Assembly: GCA_028023455.1 (NCBI GenBank)
Contig: JAQFVV010000008.1
Coordinates: 13,516,001 to 13,580,000 of the forward strand
From: Epiperipatus broadwayi
Lineage: Eukaryota > Animalia > Onychophora
Length of the DNA: 64,000 nucleotides
Direction: 5' to 3'
Shown here: positions 40,715 through 51,318 of the stretch, piece after piece
How positions within the stretch are numbered: the stretch's first letter is position 1
Layout: every line of letters begins with the position of its first letter
Translations under genes and position numbers: made by a program
The notes under the pieces: generated by a model
What the model saw: the letters and a program-made list of their open reading frames with translations, nothing else
Told to the model about the DNA's origin: nothing
The model's database searches: none

Positions 40715-41460
40715 TCTCTCCAAACAATAGTGCCACCCAGCGCAAGCCATAGTAATCAATGGATGCTAAAAAGTTTGTGCATTTTACTGTTAGGCCTCTT
40801 TTGATTGAAATAATGAAAATTTTTATTGCTATTGTTTTAGTTAGAATTAATTACTATACACAAACATTGATACATACTCTATATCTATGGACACTTGAAG
40901 CTATCTCCTAGCATTTTTGCAGATTAGGATTATAATTAGAAGACGAGTAAGCACAAAATAGGGATTTTAATGCACAAACCATCTAGAATCCACTGATTAC
41001 TATTGCTTGCACTGGATGGCATTACTGGGTGGAGAGTTGCTACTGTTTTAATAGTTTGTGTATGCATAAGAAATGGTGATCATGTGATGTTTTAATGGTT
41101 TAATATTAAAGGATGATGGGAAAAGGCATCAAAATGTTTAGATACTGAACTGGGTATAGATCTGTAAAACAAGAGAATGAGCGTGGATTGAAAACATTAT
41201 TATATTTTTATTTTGGATTTATAGTTTCATAATTAACTAAAAAGATCAAAGGTGTTTACTGGAAGGTTGCATTAGATCCAAAGATCTAGATGCAGTTCTC
41301 TCAGATCCAAGGCTCCTCACTTATGAAGGCTATAAGCCAGAAATTAGTCTAGTTTTATTGGATGAGTAAGCACTAGATAGTGATTTTGATACATACACCT
41401 TCTAGTATTCATTGATTATTATGGCTTGCACTGGATGGCACCACTATAAGGAGAGTTGCT
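40715..41460. repeat. Older, diverged copies of the hammerhead repeat family
   Basis: 40715-41100 is a foldback copy interrupted by an unrelated repeat of about 160 bp, also seen inverted at 41970-42050 and 44160-44270. 41245-41460 is a forward copy with a decayed core (CTTATGA...GAAATTAGTC, 41314-41355). Confidence 0.7.
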
Positions 41461-43259
41461 AAGTTGAATATGCTGCCAAGTGAATTAAGCCTTTTTTTAC
41501 ACATAAATATATATAGTAGTAAACATACAAGTTATTACCATTATATAGATTAGATCAAAAATTACTTTAATATATGGTTTTATTAACATAATTATATTTT
41601 CTTAATAATTTTTGTTAGCACAATTAATTAAACATTTATAAACAAAATGAAAAATAAATTAAAAACCAAGATACTATGGTAAAGAAGTTACAAGCAGGAG
41701 CTTATTCCACATCTTCTAGTTATTACATTTTATGAGAAACAAGAATACATTTTCAGTACTGTGTCTTTTTTGAATATAAATCATTCATTAATTTTTAATC
41801 TTTTTTTTTTTTAAAAAAGTGTACATTATTTAAAATAATACATTTCTAATAGTATTTAAAATAATGGTTATCTGGTAAGTAACAATTTTATAATTAATAA
41901 AATTAATATCTTAATTTAAAAAAAAAAAAAATCTTTTAAAAGCAAAAAAAGTTAATTTTTATTAATCCTTATTTTAATCCTAATCTGCAAAATTCTAGGA
42001 GCTAACTTCAAGACTCAATAGATGTATACAGTATTTATTAATGTTTGTGCATAGTAGATGGTCGGGGAAAATTGGAGTCTTACCATATCTGCCGTACAAG
42101 GGTGCCACCAGGCCATTTGAACTGGAAAATGTATATAATGGGCAGATACTTACTGTTAAGATCCAAATTTTATTTTATATTGACCATTAGTCCATGTCAC
42201 TAGCTCAAGGAGACACAGAGATTTAAAATAAAACTTCTTAAAAATATATTTTTAATATTAAAAAATAAAATAAGCCACTGCCAGTAATAAGACACAAAAA
42301 ACATTTATTAAAGCACATATATAAATATTTAAAATTGAGGAATAAATTTAGACTTTACTATTAATTTTAAATTGGTTATTATTTTTTTAATTTAAATTAT
42401 TATTTAAGAAAGTCCGCACAGATGGACATTTTAATAAATTTTACTTTAGAATGTTGAGTATAGATAGGCTACATAGATTACTCAGTTAAAACTTTTCAAA
42501 ATCAATCATTCAATCTCAGACTAAAAGTTCGCAGCCAACCCAATACCTGCTTCCAGATATACAGATGCAACCAATGCAATATGAAGATGCTAACATAAAA
42601 CCATGCTGTCGTCTGCAGCATGATATTATTTGAAGGACATGATCCTCGTCCAGTACAGGAATGTGTGTCTGTCTGGTGAAGGAATCATGTAATAAAATAT
42701 TTAAAGAGAAATGCTATGTATGGGGGAGAGTGGTCTATCTGCCGACTTATAGTCCCTATCCATAGAGCTAAAGGAAGTCAATGTCACAGGAAATACATCT
42801 GCGTACATTGCAATGCAATGACTATGCCTTTGGGTCATGCATTCAGTTGGGCTTTGCCCTGTATGCTAACACACTTCACATTGCATTAATATAAATGCCC
42901 ATATATCTCTCTACTACCATCGACCTAACTATGAGATAAATAGTCTGAAATTTAAACCCCTTTAAAATAAACAAGAACGATTGAAATATAAAGTTATTAA
43001 TTGAAAATTGCTGAGGGAAATTTACAAGAAAGTAAACCCAATGGCACTCATCATAAGATGCCGCATTGACAACAACAACTTAAAATATATACCAATAAAT
43101 ATGTTTAGACACTCAGCAAGAGGTGTCATATTTACCGATATATATATTTCACGCAAATGAAAATCTTAAAAAAATAAGTAATATAAATGTTAACAAATCT
43201 ACGCAGCTATCTACACCCAACTTAAATTTAATACATTTTAATTAACACATCACAAAAAA

Positions 43260-43880
43260 AAAAAAAATGGAAATGATTAATTAAACATATGCATAAAAAA
43301 AATTATTATTATTAATTGATTTGGAATTTTCTTTTTTAGGTCAGATAAGAGTTCTTATTTTCAGTTACTAATTGCGAATTTGAAAAAGTTCATATTAGAT
43401 AAACACAAGAGTTCATACTTTATGGATTCCGCAGATCTAGAGGTCCATCTTCGTGATCACTTTTGAAGATTGTTGGTCCTTCTTTGAAACAAAGCCGCTA
43501 CTTGCCATTCATTTGGTCAAGAACTGTCATCGGGAGGCCTCAGCTGGTTGTCAGGAAATTAAATCTATTGCAGACTCCTACATTGTTGAGTCTGCAATAC
43601 AGCTACAGTTATAATGGTATATTAATAGTCAGCTCTAAGACAACAACTATTCATGAATTCAATTATTTTGGCTTTTATACATTTATTAGCCTCTTATCAG
43701 CATTTTCACGGATTGATCCAACATGATGTCACCGATTCTAATGTTCCATTTTCGGTCCATGCTGTGGCTTCGTGCTTGCATTGGTCAATCTAATTTTTTT
43801 TCTTATCTGACCTTTTAATTATTTAAGTGCCCAAAGGGCTAGTGTGCATTGTGTTTAATTAATAAAACAATCATTTCCAT
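43260..43880. mobile_element. Putative MITE with imperfect inverted ends
   Basis: aggtcagataaga (about 43338) versus tcttatctgacct (43801), plus outer ggaaatgatt..aattaaac versus gtttaatt..aatcatttcc. Confidence 0.4.
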
Positions 43881-46449
43881 TTTAAGATTAAAACATGATT
43901 TTTTTAAAAAAAAAATTGAATCTAATTAACATTTTTCCTTTCACTGCTTTTAAACAAAAATATTAATTTTTATCTTAAGATCTTTATTTTTTTTCTACAA
44001 AAAGTACTTTTAAATATTTTTTTTTCTTAAAATAGTTTTAAAGTTTTCCACCTGTGCGATATATACATGTGAACATAACTCTTTTAATTTTTTTTCAGTT
44101 TTTAATAAAACACTTTTTATTTAAGATTTATTTTCCCCTTTATGTATTAATTTTAAAATAATGTAGCAGCATATGTATACTATTACAATAGTAATTAATT
44201 CTAACTAAAACAATACCAGCAAAAATTTACATTATTTCAATCAAAAGAGGCCTAACAGTAAAGTGTAAATAATTTATAATTATATAAAGGGATTATATTT
44301 ATTCAGTTTAAGATTTGAAATGATTTTTTTTTTCTTCTTCTTATACTTTTAAGACTTTGAAGAGGGAGATAATCTCACCATTTTCTGAAAAAGAATATTT
44401 ACCCAAGGTTCATAATTTATTGAAAAATAATTTCAAAAATATTGATAAACTATAAAGAAAATATAACTATTGTTTAACTGAAGGTGACATTCAAAACCAT
44501 TTATAACTGTAAAAGAAATAACTTGAATATATAATATTTAGATAAACATTTGAAATTAAAGTTTTGCAATGGGAATTCTCAAAGGGTACTGAACTAAAAT
44601 TTCAACACTTGATTAAGAAGATAGTGAGGTTGGATTTCATGAGTACACAGACTAAATGCCTATAAGAATAATAATTTACAGCATTTATTACAGCCATATG
44701 GTTGAATTAAAAAATAACTCCCTAAAGTGTATATTTCTATCTTATATAAAGTTGAAACTACAAAAAATCTACAAATTTGCAAAAAAAAAAAAATTAATAA
44801 ATTAATTAAAAATTTTAATAAACTAGTCAAGAAATGAAAGATGTTTTCAAAAACTTTTTGGGAAAATGAGTGCATTAACTTCCAAGTTTTGGAGAATATG
44901 TTTTTAGTCAATAGATAGGTGGTGACATAAAAACAATTTATTTAAGGCATTTTTTATTCTTTATTCATTTTGTATTTATTCTAATAATGGTGCTAATTCA
45001 TCAAATATTCCATATATATATATATGTAGTAGATACGGACTTTGATTTAGTAGATCAATAACCTTCATCAGCACATTTTAAGAATAAACTCCAATGATAT
45101 CAACAGAGAAAACCTTATTAGTCAATTGGGAGAAGTAGAAATAAGTTATTAGTGAGGGAAAATGTCTGTATATTCTTCAAAGCTGCTGGGATCAATTTAT
45201 AATTACAACTTTCCAAGAATATCTGGCTAAAGTTCATTTCTTTTCCAGGTAGTGACTGAAGAGGAGTGGATGGTTTGTAAGATCTATGAAATAATCTTAA
45301 AGAGATAGTCAGTTGCCTACTGAATCAAGAGAAATGCTAACTGAGCCCAGAATTAATCTGTCTGCTGTTGTAGTAGTTCCCACTATAATAAAGATCAAGA
45401 AATATCAATGAATTAATGAAACCCACAGAATCTATAGATAACTACTAGGAAAGTGAATCATATTTTAAATTAAGTGTATCTCTAATTCCAGCAAAAAGTT
45501 TAACCTACAAAAGTATTAAGAGAGAGCTTCAAAAGTCAACAGATATATAAATACTTATCTATGTTTATCCACATTATCTCTAATAAAAACAATATTGGTA
45601 AAAAATTCCATTATTTCAATCTGGTGGTCTAATGGTAAAATGTGTATAGTTTGTAATTATATATCATTATTTGTTCATATAAAGATTTATTTTTTCTTTT
45701 TATTCTACTTTAAAATATTGGAGATATAATTAATTTGTATGACATATATTCCAACTTTCTAATTTATATACACACATATATAACTGTAAGTAGTTGTACT
45801 AATTTTGTTTTTTACTTATTAAAAAAATGTGTTATTAAATATTACTAAAGTCTATTTTTAATTTATTATCATTCTTACATGTATATATGCTTTTCATCCA
45901 TAATATGCAATTAAGCAATTAAAAAGGCCCTTTAATAATTGCGATCATGATCTTCAATGATTGGCTAGTATCTGGAAGCAATAAAAGGAAAGAGCTAATA
46001 AAACAGGTTGGCATAAGATCTGCAGATAACTTTACGTTAAATAAAGCTATATTTAGCAGAGTATTCTTCTTGCCAACTATTTAGCAGAGTATTCTTCTTG
46101 CCAACTATTTAGAGTAAGTGATGTATTGGATTATAGAATAATTCTAAATAGAATAGAGTCCTCAGTTTGATCCTCATTGGCAATTTGTAGTTTTGCTTTA
46201 ATGTTGGTTCAAGAATCAAAAGTGAGGTATACATGTGATGTTAGTTATTCATGTTATATTTTTTTTTAACTAAATAACTCAACCCAACCTAAATGTTAAA
46301 AAACTATATATGTCCCATTATTTTTACACATATATTAATGTTTTTCAACAAAGTGTTTTTTATATATTTTTTAATTTAAAATAAAAACAGTAATCAGTTC
46401 TTTTTTCAAAATAAAAAAAGTAATCTTATTAATTCATTTAGTAATAGAA

Positions 46450-47015
46450 TATATATATATAAGATATTTTATATAGCGATATACATAAACATTTGGGTTG
46501 AAAAGATACAAGATTCATTCTATCTTTTCACAAAGACTTTATCTTGTGTTTGGAAAGTGAAAGTATTCATTTATAGTTTAAAATCCACAAAGCACATGTG
46601 CATTAGCTTAATAGCTTAGTATTAATATTACAGTTTATAAAACATAGCGCTATATAAAATAAATATCTTATTTACATATATTTAATTTCAAATATGAATG
46701 ACGTATCGTAAATTCTAGAAACATTTGCATCATTCATTCAGGCATAGTAAAGTATATATATATATTGTTTATAACACTTCCTTCTTATACACTTCAATGC
46801 AAAGAAAGTGAAAGAGAAGAAAAATGCATAGTAAAGTAATTTAAAGTAATCGCTTAACATCTTCGCGCTCTCATTTCCAAATGCTTAAGATTTGCCCATA
46901 CATAAATGTTTGGGTCAAAAAGATAGATGAATATCTTTTCACAAAGACTTTATCTTGTGTTTGAAAAGTGAGAGTATTCATTTATAGTTTAAAATCCACA
47001 AACACATGTGCATTA
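46450..47015. repeat. Small TIR element plus a second direct partial copy
   Basis: Inverted ends ataagatattttatatagcg / cgctatataaaataaatatcttat (46450-46672). The internal segment of about 130 bp recurs at 46900-47015. Confidence 0.55.
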
Positions 47016-47974
47016 GTAGAATATATAGTTCATTCAAAAACTGAAACCAATAAAGTACCTGGTGTTAAAAATGGCAGGAACAGGTTCTAATGGAAAAAAC
47101 TTCAAATTCAATTCTTTTACATCTACAAAAAAAAAAGAAAGAATATATATATATATATGTATGTGTTCACATGTGTGAACACAGAATATTCTTTAAGTCA
47201 ACTATCATCAAAGAATGTTATATTACATCATGAGTAAATTTCGTTTTTATTTTTGATTCAAAATACCTGGGTAAATTATTCTAAAATTCAGAAAAAAATG
47301 ATCTTTGCATTTCTATAAAAACTTAATCTATAAGCAGGACAGTGAATAAAAATTCTGGTATTGTTCATCTATCCTTGTTTAGTTTTGATATAAGTTGAAA
47401 ATTAAAATGGATGCCATTTGTAAGCGTTATGTTCTTGTTTAAGTAACCAAAAGTAAAAAAAAACTTTTCAAACTCTTGCTGCAAGACGCAAGAACATAAA
47501 TCACTATACCATTAATTAATCCCTTTCAAAGTCCAATGTATAATTTATCACATAAGAATCTGCTTCTTTAAACTATTAAATAGATCTGCAAATACAGTTC
47601 TATATTTTTAACTTGCAATTTGTATATAATTTATTAAATTTTGCAATAGCTTCTCTGTGACTTAATCTGCTCAGAAGAATCAATTTGTATTCATTCTTCT
47701 TAAATATCATAGTCTATAAAAGTATGCTATAAGACTATGATAACGGATTTATGAAATTGCCTATACCTAAACATATATGTCAAAATGATAATTTTTATTG
47801 GAAAAAATGTGAGATGAATCGATGCATTGGTTTTCTTATTATTTCTATTATAATAGTTATTAAACAAAGGCAAAACTCTCCATACAGTAGTGCCTCCCTG
47901 TGCTAACCAGAGTAATCAATAGATGCCAGAAGGCTTGTGCATAAAATCCCTATCTAGTGCCTACTCATCCAATA

Positions 47975-48016
47975 TCCCCAGACTAGTTTCTGGCTTGTGG
48001 CCATCATCAGTGAGGA
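47975..48016 (-). ncRNA. Minimal type I hammerhead ribozyme (intact)
   Basis: Reverse complement reads TCCTCA-CTGATGA-TGGC cacaa GCCA-GAAA-CTA-GTC^TGGGGA: all core residues, a 4-bp stem II, a 6-bp stem I and palindromic ACTAGT stem III. Confidence 0.88.
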
Positions 48017-48428
48017 GCCTTGGATCTGAGAGCACTGCACCTAGATCTTAGGATCTAATGCAACCCTTCAGCAGCCACCTTTTAACTCTACTTTACTACA
48101 AAACTATGAGAATGAAATTGAAAACACAAAAATATTTTCAATCTAAGCTCAATAGCTTATATAGTCATATGGGTCTGAACTCAATTCAGCACCCATACAT
48201 TTTGGTGTCTTTGGCTCTTAAACAACCATAGCCACCACTATCCTATTAGGCAGGATTGGTGTTAAACCACTAAACATCACATGATCACCATCTCATACTA
48301 GCACATAATTGTTGTAAACAAAGGCAAAACTCTCCATACAGTAGTGCCACCCTGTGCTAACCAGAGTAATCAATGGATGCCAGAAGGCTTGTGCATAAAA
48401 TCCCTATCTAGTGCCTACTCATCCAATA

Positions 48429-48470
48429 TCCCCAGACTAGTTTCTGGCTTGTGGCCATCATCAGTGAGGA
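48429..48470 (-). ncRNA. Minimal type I hammerhead ribozyme (intact)
   Basis: Identical motif; the cleavage site is exactly 454 nt from the previous one. Confidence 0.88.
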
Positions 48471-49116
48471 GCCTTGGATCTGAGAGCACTGCACCTAGAT
48501 CTCAGGATCTAATGCAACCCTCCAGCAGCCACCTTTTAACTCTACTTTACTACAAAACTATGAGAATAAAATTGAAAACACAAAAATATTTTGAATCTAA
48601 GCTCTAGGTGCAGTGCTCTCAGATCCAAGGCTCCTCACTAGTCTGGGAATATTGGATGAGTAGATACTAGATAGGAATTTTATGCACAAGCCTTCTGGCA
48701 TCTATTGATTACTCTGGTTAGTACAGGGCAGCACTACTGTATGGAGAGTTTTGCCTTTATTTACAACAATTATGTGCTAGTATGAGATGGTGATCATGCG
48801 ATGTTTAGTGGTGTAACACCAATCCTGCCTAATAGGATAGTGATGGCTATGGTTGTTTAAGAGCCAAAGACACCAAAATGTATGGGTGCTGAATTGAGTT
48901 CAGACCCATATGACTATATAAGCTATTGAGCTTAGATTGAAAATATTTTGAGTTCAGACCCATATGACTATATAAGCTATTGAGCTTAGATTGAAAATAT
49001 TTTTTGTGTTTTCAATTTCATTCTCATAGTTTTGTAGTAAAGTAGAGTTAAAACGTGGCTGCTGGAGGGTTGCATTAGATCCTGAGATCTAGGTGCAGTG
49101 CTTTCAGATCCAAGGC

Positions 49117-49158
49117 TTCTCACTGATGATAGCCACAAGCCAGAAACTAGTCTGGGGA
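49117..49158 (+). ncRNA. Minimal type I hammerhead ribozyme (one stem II mismatch)
   Basis: TTCTCA-CTGATGA-TAGC cacaa GCCA-GAAA-CTA-GTC^TGGGGA. Confidence 0.75.
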
Positions 49159-49550
49159 TATTGGATGACTAGGCACTAGATAGGGATTTTATGCACAAGC
49201 CTTCTGGCATCTATTGATTACTCTGGTTAGCACAGGGTGGCGCCTTTGTTTACAACAATTATGTGCTAGTATGAGATGGTGATCATGTGATGTTTAGTGG
49301 TTTAACACCAATCCTGCCTAATAGGATAGTGGTGGCTATGATTGTTTAAGAACCAAAGACACCAAAATGTATGGGTGCTGAATTGAGTTCAGACCCATAT
49401 GACTATATAAGCTATTGAGCTTAGATTGAAAATATTTTTGTGTTTTCAATTTCATTCTCATAGTTTTGTAGTAAAGTAGAGTTAAAAGGTGGTTGCTGGA
49501 GGGTTGCATTAGATCCTGAGATCTAGGTGTAGAGCTCTCAGATCCAAGCC

Positions 49551-49592
49551 TCCTCACTGATGATGGTCACAAGCCAGAAACTAGTCTGGGGA
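49551..49592 (+). ncRNA. Minimal type I hammerhead ribozyme (intact, U-G wobble in stem II)
   Basis: TCCTCA-CTGATGA-TGGT cacaa GCCA-GAAA-CTA-GTC^TGGGGA. Confidence 0.85.
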
Positions 49593-50125
49593 TATTGGAT
49601 GAGTAGGCACTAGATAGGGATTTTATGCACAAGCCTTCTGGCATCTATTGACTACTCTGGTTAGCACAGGGTGGCACTACTGTATGGAGAGTTTTGCCTT
49701 TGTTTACAACAATTATGTGCTAGTATGAGATGGTGATCATGTGATAATAGTTATTATAATAAGTAAATATATTCACAGAAAACCTGAAAACTGTATTTAA
49801 ATATGCTCACATACATGGATGCCTAAGTTAAAAAAAAATATCAAAAGAATAACAAACACAAAGATTGTTTATATATACAAAAGCAATTTTAAAATATATG
49901 ACATAGGATAGGTTGCACTAATGTTAAAATAATGACAATTATAACACAATAGGGAAAAGTATTAATCAATCCTTCACATATGTCTATTAAAATTTTCTTA
50001 ATAATATAATCTTTCTAATTTAACTTTCACAGTAGGTTAAAAAATTACAATAATTCTAAATCATTTGTTCTATAATGAGTACATCATCCACATTACCCAC
50101 TCAAGTGTACTCAGCATTGATATGA

Positions 50126-51318
50126 CAGGCAAAACTCACTATATGTATTGCCACTCACTGCAAGCTAGAGTAATCAATGGGTTCCAGAAGGCTTGTGCAT
50201 AAAATCCCAATCTAATGCCTACTCTTCCAACATCCCTCAGACTAGTTTCTGGTTTGTGCCCTTCGTTAGTGAAGAGCCTTATATCTGAGAGCACTGCACC
50301 TAGATTTTAGGATCTAATGCAACCCTCCAGCAGCCATCTTTTATCTCTATTTAACTACAAAACTATGAGTGTTAAATTGAAAACACCTTAATATTTTCAA
50401 TCCAAGCTCATTAGCTTATATAGTCATATAGGTCTGAAATCAATTCAGTACCTATACATTTTAGTGTCTTTGGTTCTTTAATAACCATAGCCACCATTAT
50501 GCTATTAGGCAGGATTGGTTTAAAGCCAATAAACATCACATGATTACCATTTGTTATGCTTGCTTATAGCTGTTATTAAAACAGGCAAAACTCTCCATAC
50601 AGTAGCGCCATTAAGTGCAAGGCTCCTCACTGACGAAGGCCACAGCCAGAAATTAGTCTGGGGATATTGGATGATTTTATGCACAAGCCTTCTGGCATCC
50701 ATTGATTACTCTGGCTTGCACTGAGTGTCACTATTGTATGGAGAGTTTTGCATGTTTTAAAAATAGTTATGAGCAAGCAAAACTCTCCATACATTATTGC
50801 CACCCTGTGCCAACCAGAGTAATCAATGAATGCCAGAAGGCTTGTGCATAAAATCCTTATCTAATGCCTACTCATCCAATATCCCCAGACTAGCTTCTGG
50901 CTTGTGGCCATCATCAGTGAGGAGCTTTGGATCTGAGAGCACTGCACCTAGATTTTAGGATCTAATGCAACCCTCCAGCACCCACCTTTTATCTCTACTT
51001 AACTACAAAACTATGAGAATGAAATTGAAAACATAAAAATATTTCCAATCTGTGTTTTCAATTTCATTCTCATAGTTTTGTAATTAAGTAGAGATAAAAG
51101 GTAGGTGCTGGAGGGTTGCATTAGATCCTAAGATCTAGGTGCAGTGCTCTCAGATCCAAAGCTCCTCACTGACGATGGCCACAAGCCAGAAACTAGTCTG
51201 GGGATATTGGATGAGTAGGCACTAGATAAGGATTTTATGCACAATCCTTCTCGCATCCATTGATTACTCTGGCTTGCACTGAGTGGCACTACTGTATGGA
51301 GAGTTTTGCATGTTTTAA
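50126..51318. mobile_element. Second cluster of the hammerhead family with four alternating-orientation segments
   Basis: Reverse 50126-50621, forward 50622-50788, reverse 50787-51050, forward 51051-51318. Cores at about 50235-50276 (CUAACGA, mutated), 50624-50664 (degenerate), 50882-50923 (GAAG variant) and 51163-51204 (intact). Confidence 0.82.
51163..51204 (+). ncRNA. Minimal type I hammerhead ribozyme (intact)
   Basis: TCCTCA-CTGACGA-TGGC cacaa GCCA-GAAA-CTA-GTC^TGGGGA. Confidence 0.88.

Larger units (their letters stand above)
47863..49743. mobile_element. Composite insertion of hammerhead-bearing 454-bp units (about 1.6 reverse units then about 2.5 forward units)
   Basis: Period 454 bp (47880 vs 48334); inversion junction at about 48604; 13-bp direct repeat ataatagttatta at 47850-47862 and 49744-49756. 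Confidence 0.88.

Noticed and set aside
45030-45600. Coding-looking stretch considered as an endogenous viral element or gene relic
   Set aside because: All frames are interrupted and I could not recognise any diagnostic motif; a BLASTX search would be needed.
48344-49557. ORFs 48344-48607 and 49336-49557 as a protein product of the repeat family
   Set aside because: Short, different frames and strands between copies, broken by indels in other copies, and no recognisable domain.
47863-51318. CRISPR-like or satellite interpretation of the repeats
   Set aside because: There are no unique spacers. Units are about 454 bp, dispersed, inverted and TSD-flanked in a eukaryotic context.
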